Shown here: positions 39,778-49,593 of the stretch, in pieces | How the letters are laid out: every line of letters starts with the position of its first letter | Numbering within the stretch: the first letter of the stretch is position 1 | NCBI GenBank assembly: GCA_963933835.1 | Contig: CAWVVV010000002.1 | Coordinates: forward strand, 417,849 to 481,848 | Length of the DNA: 64,000 nucleotides | Direction of reading: 5' to 3' | Origin: an uncultured Puniceicoccaceae bacterium | GTDB taxonomy: Bacteria; Verrucomicrobiota; Verrucomicrobiia; Opitutales; Oceanipulchritudinaceae | Translations under genes and position numbers: made by a program | The notes under the pieces: generated by a model | Databases searched by the model: none | Told to the model about the DNA's origin: nothing | The model's input: the letters and a program-made list of their open reading frames with translations, nothing else

Positions 39778-39853
39778 TGGAGCCACCCATCGGATTCGAA
39801 CCGACGACCTGCTCATTACGAATGAGCTGCTCTACCAACTGAGCTAGGGTGGC
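39778..39853 (-). tRNA. tRNA-Thr (CGT)
   Basis: GCCACCC/GGGTGGC acceptor, GCTCA-TTCGTAA-TGAGC anticodon arm, GGTTCGAATCC, CCA. Confidence 0.96.
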
Positions 39854-39974
39854 GTGGAGATGGAGAGCGATGAAGGTGATTTCTCTCCGCTGGGCAAGTC
39901 CATTTTCTTTCACCCTCTTGCCATGGCTGATTCGATACGCGATCATGGGTTTGTATTTGGATGCCATTACAACC

Positions 39975-40794
39975 ATGTCTGAAACAAAATATAGTCCTTA
40001 TAGAATTATAAATGCGTTCACTGATGGTGGATTGTTCAGCGGAAATCCTGCTGCGGTCTGTCCGCTGAATTCGTGGCCTTCGGATGCTGTTATGCAGCTG
40101 GTCGCGGCGCAGAATAACTTAGCGGAAACCACTTTTCTCGTCCCGACCGCTGATTCGACCTGGAGGTTGCGGTGGTTTACGCCGCCCCGAGAGGTTGAGC
40201 TTTGCGGGCATGCGACCTTAGCAGCGGCACGGGTTCTTTTTGATTTGGGTAAAGCTGAGGGAGTCTGCCACTTCGATACTTTGAGTGGTCGTCTCTCGGT
40301 GAAACGGGATGCCGATGATCAGCTCTGGATGGACTTTCCTCTTAAGCCAGTGTCTGAGCTGCCGCTCAGCGCTGAGATAAAGGACCTCTTTCCAACGATG
40401 ATTAAACTCGGGAAGAATGATTTGGATTATCTCATCGTCGAGGTCCCGACGGCTGATGACGTGAGCTCCTACATCCCTGATGATGGGCGCTTCCTCGCTG
40501 AAGCAGAGGTTTTTGGCTTTGTCCTGACGGCGATTGGAGATGGGGATGCAGAAGAGGACTTTGTTTCGAGATTTTTCGCCCCCCAATGCCGGCGTTTCCG
40601 AAGACCCTGTCACAGGCTCAGCTCATTGCTCTTTGTTTCCCTATTGGGGCGACCGATTGGGGAAGTCGAATCTCATCGCACGCCAACTATCGGCACGCGG
40701 TGGACGCATGATCGGGATGTTGGATACGGGGGATCGCGTTCGCCTGGGTGGAGCGGCGACGACTTTTGCCGAGGGACAACTTCGGCTCAGCTAG
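39975..40794 (+). pseudogene. PhzF-family isomerase/epimerase, frameshifted at a C6 run (40579-40584)
   Basis: GNPAAV, AET.F, LRWFTP..EVELCGHATLA and SRFFAP in one frame; GVSEDPVTGSAH and QLSARGG in the +1 frame. Confidence 0.9.
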
Positions 40795-40819
40795 GGTGAG
40801 ATCAGGCGAAGACTATTGC

Positions 40820-41830
40820 CTACTTATCACTGTATTCTAACCCTAATACAGTGTAGCCGCGTGGGGTGAGAACCCGCCCTTGAGTGGTTCTTTGAATGTA
40901 ACCTTCTTGGATCAAGTAGGGCTCATGCACCTCTTCGATTGTCTGGGATTCCTCAGCGACCGCTACGGATAGCGTTCCGAGGCCGACAGGCCCGCCGCCG
41001 AAATTCTCTGCCATCGTTCGCAGGTATCGAATGTCCATTTCGTCGAGTCCGTGTTGGTCAATAGCTAGGAGCTCGAGGGCCGCGGAAGCGACGGCTTTGG
41101 TTATTTTGCCGTCTGAACGCTGCTGCGCGTAGTCGCGTACGAAAGAGATGAGGTTGTTTGCCACCCGCGGTGTGCCTCGGCATCGGCGCGCGATTTCGTT
41201 GATGCCATCCGAGTCAACCGAGATGCGGAGGAGGCCGCAATTACGTGCGATGATCTTTTCGAGATGAGAGAGCTCGTAATAGTCGAGTCGAGTCTGAAGG
41301 GTGAAGCGGCTGCGCAGCGGCGCACTTAGGAGCCCAAGGCGGGTGGTCGCGCCAATCAGAGTGAACTTGGGCACATCGAGCCGAACACTGCGGGCGTTGG
41401 GCCCCTGATCGAGCATGATATCGATGCAGTAATCCTCCATCGCACTGTAGAGGTACTCTTCGACGGTCTTCGGCAGCCGATGAATCTCATCGATGAAGAG
41501 AACGTCGCCCGTCTCGAGATTTGTGAGCAAGCCCGCGAGGTCGCCAGGGCGCTCGATCACAGGGCCCGATGAGATCCTGAGTTGGGCACCCATTTCGTTC
41601 GCGATGATGTGAGCAAGGGTCGTTTTACCAAGGCCGGGAGGTCCGCTGAGGAGAATGTGGCGAAGCGCCTCATTTCGCGCCGTTGCGGCGCCCGTCATGA
41701 TCTTGATGCGCTCGACGGTGCGCGGTTGCCCAGTGAATTCTTTCAGCTCGGCCGGGCGGAGCGCTGCATCGAGCGCTTTATCGCTTTCTTGCGCTTCGAG
41801 AAACGGCTTCTTCGGAGTGTCTTCGGCCAT
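40820..41830 (-). CDS. ruvB: Holliday junction branch migration helicase B
   Basis: LRP, GPPGLGKTT, FIDEIHR, LYSAMED, GATTR, RGTPR, GGPVG, EPYL. Confidence 0.97.
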   Translation of the reverse strand: MAEDTPKKPFLEAQESDKALDAALRPAELKEFTGQPRTVERIKIMTGAATARNEALRHILLSGPPGLGKTTLAHIIANEMGAQLRISSGPVIERPGDLAGLLTNLETGDVLFIDEIHRLPKTVEEYLYSAMEDYCIDIMLDQGPNARSVRLDVPKFTLIGATTRLGLLSAPLRSRFTLQTRLDYYELSHLEKIIARNCGLLRISVDSDGINEIARRCRGTPRVANNLISFVRDYAQQRSDGKITKAVASAALELLAIDQHGLDEMDIRYLRTMAENFGGGPVGLGTLSVAVAEESQTIEEVHEPYLIQEGYIQRTTQGRVLTPRGYTVLGLEYSDK

Positions 41831-41831
41831 C

Positions 41832-43133
41832 TCAGTCATCAAGGAGATCAGATGGCAGTTCGCTCTCAGGCAGGCGGACGGCGTCTGCGCCGAGGGCTTG
41901 AAGTTTTACATCAAGTCGATCGTAGCCGCGATCTAAGTGGTAGAGGCGTTGCACCCAGGTTTCGCCTTCGGCGGCGAGGCCGGCGAGAACTAGTGCCGCG
42001 CTGGCCCGAAGGTCTGATGCCATGACGGGTGCGCCGGAGAGTTTGGGGACACCCTTGATGACGGCATTGGCTCCTTCCATCGAGACATCAGCACCCATGC
42101 GCATGAGCTCAGGCACATGCATAAAGCGATTCGGATAAATGCGCTCTGTGATAATGCTGAGGCCGGGTGTGATGGCCATCAAGGCGAGCATCTGTGCCTG
42201 CAGGTCAGTCGGAAAGCCAGGGTGGGGCAGCGTGATGATTTCGACCGCTCTGCGCTCTTTGGCAGCGCCATCGACCGTGATCGTCCCGCCATCGGGATCC
42301 GCGCTCCAAGCGATGTTCGCTTCTTCAAATTTGCTTAGAAGGGCGCGCATGTGCCCAACGACGACGCCGCTGACACTAACCTTTCCACCGGTGATCGCTC
42401 CGGCGACGAGATAGGTTCCTGCTTCGATGCGGTCGGGGACAACGCGGTGTGTGCAACCGTGCAATGCTTCGACGCCGGTGATACGGAGATAATGGCTGCC
42501 GACCCCTTCGATCTTTGCGCCCATTTTGACGAGCATGTTGCAGAGGTCGACGACCTCCGGCTCGACCGCGGCGCTTTCGAGGCGTGTGATGCCGGGGGCA
42601 AGGACAGCTGCCATGACCATGTTTGCAGTGCCGGTTACGGTTGAGCCGTGACGCCCGCCGAGGAAAAGGTAATTGCCGTGCAGCTTCGAGCCATCGACAT
42701 CGACGTAGCCGCCGTTGATATCCACTTCACAACCGAGGGCGGTGAGTCCTTTGAGGTGGAGGTCGATCGGGCGGGGGCCGATGACACAGCCACCAGGGAT
42801 CGAGATGCGTGCTTTGCGCAGCCGTGCGATCATCGGCCCGAGAAGGCAGATCGAGGCGCGCATTTTACGAACGAGGTCGTAAGGAGCGATGTGGCTGATC
42901 TCTTTCGCTTGAAAGGTCCAGTTGCCGTTCCCATCAGAATTCACCTCAGAGCCGACATGGCGCAGTATTTCTGCCATGAAGCGGATGTCGCTGAGGTCGG
43001 GGACGCCCTCGATGTGGCATGCCTCCTCGGTGAGGAGGGTGGCGGCGAGAATCGGTAGAGCGGCATTCTTTGCCCCACTGATCGCGACAGTTCCGTGAAG
43101 CGGGGTTCCTCCCCGCAAGCGCATGACGTCCAT
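41832..43133 (-). CDS. murA: UDP-N-acetylglucosamine 1-carboxyvinyltransferase
   Basis: SGAKNAALP, RKMRAS, PGGCVIGPRPIDLH, DRIEAGT, PGFPTDLQ, DLRASA. Confidence 0.98.
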   Translation of the reverse strand: MDVMRLRGGTPLHGTVAISGAKNAALPILAATLLTEEACHIEGVPDLSDIRFMAEILRHVGSEVNSDGNGNWTFQAKEISHIAPYDLVRKMRASICLLGPMIARLRKARISIPGGCVIGPRPIDLHLKGLTALGCEVDINGGYVDVDGSKLHGNYLFLGGRHGSTVTGTANMVMAAVLAPGITRLESAAVEPEVVDLCNMLVKMGAKIEGVGSHYLRITGVEALHGCTHRVVPDRIEAGTYLVAGAITGGKVSVSGVVVGHMRALLSKFEEANIAWSADPDGGTITVDGAAKERRAVEIITLPHPGFPTDLQAQMLALMAITPGLSIITERIYPNRFMHVPELMRMGADVSMEGANAVIKGVPKLSGAPVMASDLRASAALVLAGLAAEGETWVQRLYHLDRGYDRLDVKLQALGADAVRLPESELPSDLLDD

Positions 43134-43143
43134 AGCTCGTTAC

Positions 43144-43917
43144 TTAGTATTCGGCTCTTGAAGGACCGTCGGGGTTTCCACCCTGACTCGGGCGCCGGCC
43201 GCGGTTGCGGCGAGTTTTCTTCTTCTTCGCCGGTTCTTGTGAAGGTGTGTCCCCGCTGGATTGGGTTTTGGGGGCGTTCTCGGATGGTTTGTTGGTGGGC
43301 TTGTCCTTTTTCGGTGGGCTTGCCTGCTTCGGAGCGTTTTCAGCGTTGGATTCGGCGTTCTTTTTTGCGCCTCCATTGCGAGGTTTGCGAGGCCGACGAG
43401 AGCGGTTCCCAGACTTTTCCTGGGTGTCGTCTTTCTGAGGGGTTCTTTTCTTCGCCCCTTTCTTTTGGTTGCCGCGCCGTTGATTCCGATTGCGTGAGCC
43501 GCTTTTCTGAGAGTTTCCGTTCCGCGAGCGATCGTTTTGCCTGCGATCTCCATCCCTGCGGTTTCGGGAACGCTTCCTCGCGTTTTTCTTTTTATTATTC
43601 TTCGAGGTGAAGAGCTCAGCTAGCTTCTTTAAGAGCTTGCGGAAGATGTTTGGGCCCTTGCGTCGATTTGGCCGGTCTTTGTCTTTTCTGACCGCCGCTT
43701 TGTAAGCTTTTTCCATCTCCAGAGTAGAGACGCGCTCCTCCGAGCTCAGTTTGACCTTTGCGAGCCGGAGGGTCCTTGGGCGCTTCTTGCGATGGGACTT
43801 ATTCGCAGGATCGCCCGGTTGATAGTCGTGCGCTGCTGAATGATACGGAGCCACCGGGGTGACTTTACCTTGGCGGTCTTGGTCAAGGTAGGGCTCGAGA
43901 TTTTCAAATTTTGGCAT
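43144..43917 (-). CDS. Highly basic, low-complexity (likely disordered) hypothetical protein
   Basis: K/R/N/P-rich ORF, stop 10 nt before murA; start chosen at ATG 43917. Confidence 0.7.
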   Translation of the reverse strand: MPKFENLEPYLDQDRQGKVTPVAPYHSAAHDYQPGDPANKSHRKKRPRTLRLAKVKLSSEERVSTLEMEKAYKAAVRKDKDRPNRRKGPNIFRKLLKKLAELFTSKNNKKKNARKRSRNRRDGDRRQNDRSRNGNSQKSGSRNRNQRRGNQKKGAKKRTPQKDDTQEKSGNRSRRPRKPRNGGAKKNAESNAENAPKQASPPKKDKPTNKPSENAPKTQSSGDTPSQEPAKKKKTRRNRGRRPSQGGNPDGPSRAEY

Positions 43918-44144
43918 GGGAGTTTCCGTGGAGACTGGCTCGACGCGGAGAGATGGTTTCGGCTGAGGGCGATGTGCCACTTGTGCCGTAATTCTATTTA
44001 CGTAGTGGCTTGGTCTAGGGCTCAACGAAATTAGGTCAGATCAGAGAGGTTTTCCTTCGGTCTTAGCAATTTTGGTGTCCGAGGAGCGACTTCGGCGCTG
44101 CTTAGCCTTGCTGGTATGGCAGTGGTCCCCCACAAAAATAGGAC

Positions 44145-44516
44145 ATGGATAAGCTAGCAGAGATTTTTCGCCTTCAAGATGAATTGAACAAGCGCATTGG
44201 CGTGGATCTTAATAGTCTGTCCGAGGAGGAAAAGGCGAAGTGGGTATTGAATTACACCCGTGCGATGCAGCAGGAGATGGCCGAGCTGATCGACTCCGTG
44301 CCTTGGAAGTGGTGGGCGAAGTATCAAGAATTCGACGAGCAGAATGCGCGTGTCGAAGTCATCGACCTCTTCCACTTCCTTGTTTCGCTAGCCCAAACCC
44401 TTGGGATGACGCCGGACGATGTCTACAACGCCTACTTGGCGAAGAACAAAGTTAACCATGCCCGCCAAGAAAGCGGCTACTCCATCAAAGACGAAGAGGA
44501 CTCGCGGCATATCTAG
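44145..44516 (+). CDS. All-alpha NTP pyrophosphohydrolase (dimeric dUTPase-like)
   Basis: E.AELID..PWKWW, E.IDLFHF..S, Y..KN.VN..RQ..GY. Confidence 0.88.
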   Translation: MDKLAEIFRLQDELNKRIGVDLNSLSEEEKAKWVLNYTRAMQQEMAELIDSVPWKWWAKYQEFDEQNARVEVIDLFHFLVSLAQTLGMTPDDVYNAYLAKNKVNHARQESGYSIKDEEDSRHI

Positions 44517-44537
44517 AGCCGCAAGCTAGCAGCGCCC

Positions 44538-46352
44538 CTAGCTTTTCGAGTTAGGGCTCTTGATGAGGATTTCCTTCGCCGAGCGTCCTGCCGGGATAAA
44601 TGGCATTACGTGTTCGTTGTAAGGAACGACAACATCGAGCATGAATGGCCCGTCGTGATCGAGCATTTCACGAACGGCAGCGCGGAGATCTTCTTTTTTG
44701 ACGACCCGAAGGCACTTAACCCCGAAGCCTTCACAAATCGTAGGCCAGTTCGGGTAGAGGGCTTCGACATTGGTCGGGCCACCGATATTGTCCGGGTGAC
44801 CGAGAACGGTTTGACCGCGAACGCCTTCGTAAAGGATGTCTTCCCACTGAACCACCATTCCGAGGTGCTGGTTGTTCAAAAGCATGATCTTAACCGGGAT
44901 CTTTTCCATCACGGCGGTCGCAAGCTCTTGGACGTTCATCATGAAGGAGCCATCACCATCAATATCGACGACCGTGCGATCGGGGTGAGCGATTTTACAG
45001 CCGAGGGCTGCCGGCAGACCGAAGCCCATCGTTCCTAGGCCGAGCGAGCTGATGAAGGAGCGCGGCTTGTTAAACTTGTAGAACTGAGCCGACCACATCT
45101 GGTGCTGTCCAACACCGGTTGTGATGATCGCATCGCCCTTGGTCTCTTGATGAAGAACGTCGATCGCGTGTTGTGGTTGGATATGCTCACAGGGCTCGTA
45201 TTCGAACGGATGCGCATCGCGCCACGACTCGACCTGAGTTTTCCATGCGCTGATGTCGGGCTTCTTAAAGTCCTTTTCTTTCATCAGTTCAACGAGGCGG
45301 CCTAGAGCGTATTTGATCTCACTGTAGACCGGATACTTAACGACCTTGTTCTTGTGGTGCTCAGACTTGTCGATGTCGATGTGGACGACGATTGCGTCGG
45401 GAGCGAACTTCTCGATTGCGCCGGTAATACGGTCGTCAAAACGAGCGCCGAAAGTGAGGAGGAGAGTACTGTCGCAGACGGCCCAGTTGCCCGCTACGCT
45501 TCCGTGCATACCGAACCAACGCAGGCTTTGTGGGTGGTTTTCAGCAAACCCGCCAAGGCCCATTAGGGTTGTCGTTACGGGGAAACCGGTGAGCTCGGCA
45601 AAGGCTTTGAGCTCTTCTTCGGCTTGGCCGGAAATGATCCCGCCTCCGGTGTAGATGACAGGGCGAACGGCACGCTCGCACACCGCGATGACAGGCAGGA
45701 GGTCTTCGTCCTTCGCATGGGGGATAGCGGTGTAGCCCGCGATATCCATCTCGGCATTGAGGGCTGCTTTGAGCTCTTCTCCGCCAATTATGGCTTGCTG
45801 AACATCTTTGCAGAGGTCGATCACGACAGGACCGGGACGGCCAGTTTGAGCGATATGGAACGCTTCCTTCACGACGCGCGGAATATCCGCGATGTTGAGG
45901 ATGAGGTAGCTGTGCTTAACAACCGGCAGTGTCATGCCGAAAATGTCGGTCTCTTGGAAAGCGGTTTTGCCGATGAACTTCTGGTGCACTTGACCCGTAA
46001 CGGCGATGAGTGGAACGGAGTCCATCACGGCGTCAGCGATGCAGGTTACGAGGTTTGTCGCGCCCGGGCCACTGGTCGCCATGCAGACGCCGGCCTTACC
46101 CGTAGTGCGGGCGTAGCCATGAGCCATGAAGCCACAGCCTTGCTCGTGACGAGGCAGGATCGTGCGGATCTCACCTGAGCGAACGAGCGCTTGGTGGATT
46201 TCCATCGAAGCACCGCCGGGATAAGCAAAGATATGATCCACACCTGCGCGTGCCAAGCAGTAGACAAAGAGATCGGCTCCCTGCATTTCAGATGGGAGTT
46301 TAGAGGCGGCGGAGGCTGTATCCGCTGGGGTTGGCAAGGTGTCAGTGCTCAT
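44538..46352 (-). CDS. ilvB: Acetolactate synthase large subunit
   Basis: [43 protein letters not shown]. Confidence 0.95.
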   Translation of the reverse strand: MSTDTLPTPADTASAASKLPSEMQGADLFVYCLARAGVDHIFAYPGGASMEIHQALVRSGEIRTILPRHEQGCGFMAHGYARTTGKAGVCMATSGPGATNLVTCIADAVMDSVPLIAVTGQVHQKFIGKTAFQETDIFGMTLPVVKHSYLILNIADIPRVVKEAFHIAQTGRPGPVVIDLCKDVQQAIIGGEELKAALNAEMDIAGYTAIPHAKDEDLLPVIAVCERAVRPVIYTGGGIISGQAEEELKAFAELTGFPVTTTLMGLGGFAENHPQSLRWFGMHGSVAGNWAVCDSTLLLTFGARFDDRITGAIEKFAPDAIVVHIDIDKSEHHKNKVVKYPVYSEIKYALGRLVELMKEKDFKKPDISAWKTQVESWRDAHPFEYEPCEHIQPQHAIDVLHQETKGDAIITTGVGQHQMWSAQFYKFNKPRSFISSLGLGTMGFGLPAALGCKIAHPDRTVVDIDGDGSFMMNVQELATAVMEKIPVKIMLLNNQHLGMVVQWEDILYEGVRGQTVLGHPDNIGGPTNVEALYPNWPTICEGFGVKCLRVVKKEDLRAAVREMLDHDGPFMLDVVVPYNEHVMPFIPAGRSAKEILIKSPNSKS

Positions 46353-46558
46353 AGCTATCTAAATGGGCAAAGGGTGGGGATAACAAAGGAGTTTCAACGC
46401 GTGGCAACCCCAGAGCGCCTATCGAAGCCGAAAAACTGTAAAACTTCACTCTTTTTAGCACCTACCCGTAGAAAAAGTGCCTTTTCCTCGGACCTCTCGA
46501 TGCTTTTTTGGGCATTTCTCTCGCACCGCCTGCCGTGCTCGGTTTGAAAATAAAGCTC

Positions 46559-47338
46559 ATGGCCAGAGTATTGTTTCTTGGAGATATCGTAGGGCAACCC
46601 GGACGTCGCGCAGTGCAGACGCACCTGAGGCGCCTTCGCGATCAGCACAAAATTGATATCGTGATCGCCAATGGTGAAAACGCGGCAGCTGGAGCTGGGA
46701 TCAACGCTAAGATCGCCCGCGAACTCCGCGATGCCGGCGTCGATGGCATTACGCTCGGAGACCATTGCTGGGATCAGCGCGGCTTTGAACGCGACATCGA
46801 GGATATCGATTACATCTGCCGCCCGGCTAATCTGCCCACGCAGTGCCCCGGCGCCTACTACTTGATTACCGAGAAGGCGGGCTTTCGCCTCGGTGTCATG
46901 ACCATTTTGGGACGTCAGTTTATGAAGGTGAATGGCGATGACCCGTTCGGCCACGCAGACCGGATTTTGACCGATATTAGCAAAGAAGCGGACGCTTGGA
47001 TCCTCGAAATTCACGCCGAAACGACTTCTGAAAAAGTCGCCATGGGCTGGTATCTCGACGGCCGAGTTGCGGCCGTCTTTGGAACTCACACGCACATCCC
47101 CACCGCCGATGGTCGCATCCTCCCACGCGGCACCGCCTATATCACCGATCTGGGAATGAGCGGTCCGTACGAAAGTGTCCTTGGGCGTCGGGTTGAGCCG
47201 GTCATCGGGCGCTTTGTTGATGGGCTGCCGCGAAAATTTGATGTCGCAACGGACGACGTCCGCCTCTGTGGCGCGATCATCGAGACCGATAGTCGTGGCC
47301 TCGCGAAGACCTTTGAACGCTTTGAAAAGTCGGGCTGA
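46559..47338 (+). CDS. YmdB-like metallophosphoesterase (TIGR00282 type)
   Basis: GDIVG.PG, NGENAA.G.G, HAETTSEK, GTHTH.PTAD, TDLGMSGPY. Confidence 0.93.
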   Translation: MARVLFLGDIVGQPGRRAVQTHLRRLRDQHKIDIVIANGENAAAGAGINAKIARELRDAGVDGITLGDHCWDQRGFERDIEDIDYICRPANLPTQCPGAYYLITEKAGFRLGVMTILGRQFMKVNGDDPFGHADRILTDISKEADAWILEIHAETTSEKVAMGWYLDGRVAAVFGTHTHIPTADGRILPRGTAYITDLGMSGPYESVLGRRVEPVIGRFVDGLPRKFDVATDDVRLCGAIIETDSRGLAKTFERFEKSG

Positions 47339-47377
47339 TAACCGGCTCAGCGTTAACCCTCTAAATCACTCCAAGCT

Positions 47378-48685
47378 ATGAAATCGATCCCCTCCGGACT
47401 GGGCACGAAGGCCCTCCATGCAGGTCAGCAAATTGACCCCACTACCGGCGCCCGTGCGGTACCGATTTATCAGACGACGAGCTACTGCTTCCGCGACAGT
47501 GAGCACGCAGCAAACCTCTTTGCTCTAAAAGAACTCGGTAACATCTACACGCGGATCATGAATCCGACAAACGACGTCGTTGAGCAGCGCGTCGCCGCCC
47601 TCGAAGGTGGCACGGCTGGTCTAGTGCACTCTAGTGGTAGCGCGGCGGTTACAAATTCGATCCTCAACGTCGCCAATGCCGGTGACCACATCGTGAGTGT
47701 CTCACAGCTCTACGGCGGCACGTATAACCTTTTTCGCTACACCCTGCCGCGACTGGGCATTGAAGTCAGCTTTGTTGACGCGAACGATCCTGCTGCCTTC
47801 CGCACCGCGACAAAAGACAACACGAAGGCCTACTTTGGTGAGTCGCAAGGTAACCCGAGCCTCGGCATTTTCCCGTTCGAAGAAGTCAGCGTGATTGCGA
47901 AAGAATTTGGTATTCCACTCATCATCGACAACACGGCACTCTCGCCAGCGCTTTGCCGTCCACTTGAACATGGTGCAAATGTTGTCGTGCATAGCCTGAC
48001 GAAATTCCTCGGCGGACATGGCACGAGCATCGGCGGTGTCATTGTTGACGGTGGTAATTTCGACTGGGGTGCCAGTGGTCGCTTCCCTGGATTTACGGAT
48101 GAAGACCCAAGCTACCATGGCCTGACTTACTGGCCGACGTTCGAAGCCTTCCCGCCGGCCGGAGACGCGAACATCGCATTCGCGATGAAGATGCGCCTCA
48201 CCCTCCTGCGTGATACGGGCAACTGCGCTGCGCCGTTCAACAGTTTCCTCCATCTTCAAGGCATCGAGACGCTGCACCTGCGCATGGAGCGCCACTGTGC
48301 TAATGCGCTCGCCATCGCCGAGTATTTGAAAAGTCACGACAAGGTGGAGTGGGTCAATTATCCCGGCCTCGCCGATAGTCCGCACAAGGCAGCTGCCGAT
48401 AAGTATTTGACTGGTGGATACGGCGCCCTCCTTGGCTTCGGTATCAAAGGCGGTGTCGAAAGTGGGCAGAAGTTCATCGACTCGCTCAAGCTCTTCAGTC
48501 ATCTCGCAAACATCGGCGATGCGAAGAGTCTCGCGATCCACCCGGCGAGCACGACGCACAGCCAGCTCACCGAAGAAGAGCAACTCACTGCCGGTGTCAG
48601 CCCAGACTACGTTCGCCTCTCGATCGGAATCGAAGGATTAGAGGATCTTAAGGCAGACCTCGATCGAGCGCTTGCAGCGGTCTAG
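47378..48685 (+). CDS. metY: O-acetylhomoserine sulfhydrylase
   Basis: [28 protein letters not shown] (PLP lysine), [19 protein letters not shown]. Confidence 0.93.
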   Translation: MKSIPSGLGTKALHAGQQIDPTTGARAVPIYQTTSYCFRDSEHAANLFALKELGNIYTRIMNPTNDVVEQRVAALEGGTAGLVHSSGSAAVTNSILNVANAGDHIVSVSQLYGGTYNLFRYTLPRLGIEVSFVDANDPAAFRTATKDNTKAYFGESQGNPSLGIFPFEEVSVIAKEFGIPLIIDNTALSPALCRPLEHGANVVVHSLTKFLGGHGTSIGGVIVDGGNFDWGASGRFPGFTDEDPSYHGLTYWPTFEAFPPAGDANIAFAMKMRLTLLRDTGNCAAPFNSFLHLQGIETLHLRMERHCANALAIAEYLKSHDKVEWVNYPGLADSPHKAAADKYLTGGYGALLGFGIKGGVESGQKFIDSLKLFSHLANIGDAKSLAIHPASTTHSQLTEEEQLTAGVSPDYVRLSIGIEGLEDLKADLDRALAAV

Positions 48686-48713
48686 GCGACGCTCAACGCA
48701 AACGTTTTAGGAG

Positions 48714-48746
48714 GCCGCCGTGCATAGACTGCACGGCGGCTTTTTT
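48714..48746 (+). terminator. Rho-independent terminator after metY
   Basis: GCCGCCGTGCA-tagac-TGCACGGCGGC followed by TTTTTT. Confidence 0.88.
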
Positions 48747-48766
48747 GTGCATAGAGTTTGGGCATA

Positions 48767-48798
48767 AAAAAACCGGCACCTCCGAGGAGATGCCGGTT
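48767..48798 (-). terminator. Rho-independent terminator after the PEP-CTERM gene
   Basis: AAAAAA-CCGGCA...TGCCGG hairpin with the T-run on the minus strand. Confidence 0.8.
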
Positions 48799-48821
48799 GA
48801 AATTGAAACGAGTTCAGGGGA

Positions 48822-49397
48822 CTACGCGCGCCGACGGCGAACTGTAGCGAATCCGATCACGGCAAGTCCGAAGAGTGCGCCAGCGATGGAAGGCTCAGGG
48901 ACCGTTACCAAGAGATTATCGATCCCGTAGCTAGAAGTAGAGCTTGGATCTCCACCTGTTACGGCTTCGAAGCGAAGGTTAAGGAATGTCGAGCTAGCTG
49001 GAACAGTTGTTGAAAAGGATAGTGGTGTGTAAGTTCCGCCAATCGAGCCTTCGAGATTGAAGTGGTTCTCTTGTCCTGCTCCTTCTGGCGTGATGAAAAG
49101 GTGGAAGACACCACCAGCTTGGTTGAGCACTTCTATAGCATCGAAACTGACATCTACGTCAGTATCGACACCGAAAGAAACAGGGATGTCTATGCTGAAT
49201 GGTTTACCGGACACTGGGACGTCGTTCGTAAATACGACTGCTCCACTGCCGCCGACTCCACCCGTAGCATCGTAAGTTGCGCCACCAGAAGAGGTGCCAG
49301 ATGTATCAGTATTAAAGTTATCGAAATAGACTTGAGCATTTGCCGACAGCGCAAAGAGGCTAGCGGACGCTAGAAAAATTGTAGCAATAGATTTCAT
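48822..49397 (-). CDS. PEP-CTERM exosortase substrate with a small beta-sandwich domain
   Basis: Signal peptide ..SANA|Q; C-terminal VPEPS-TM helix-RRRRA. Confidence 0.92.
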   Translation of the reverse strand: MKSIATIFLASASLFALSANAQVYFDNFNTDTSGTSSGGATYDATGGVGGSGAVVFTNDVPVSGKPFSIDIPVSFGVDTDVDVSFDAIEVLNQAGGVFHLFITPEGAGQENHFNLEGSIGGTYTPLSFSTTVPASSTFLNLRFEAVTGGDPSSTSSYGIDNLLVTVPEPSIAGALFGLAVIGFATVRRRRA

Positions 49398-49593
49398 AGT
49401 TAGTAGCGAGGAGGATGAATAGTAGACTGCTCAACAGAGTAATAGCTGCTGCGAACCAGAAATAATGCCTGAAAAACCGTGCAGGTCAATGGGATAGAGT
49501 GCTTGAACTACATAATATGCGGGCGGGCCCGGAGCACGCAGTCCTCCTGACTTGTCGCTTGTCGTAGGAGGCTGTCCGTTCACTGTATTGTGG

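Noticed and set aside
39631..39853. Convergent tRNA-Arg/tRNA-Thr as an island integration site
   Set aside because: No duplicated tRNA 3' end or integrase noticed nearby
44145..44516. dUTPase-like gene (with thyA/folA) as a prophage marker
   Set aside because: Flanked by housekeeping genes; no integrase or structural phage genes in the window
47339..47377. SAM riboswitch upstream of metY
   Set aside because: Intergenic gap of about 40 nt with no aptamer motif seen
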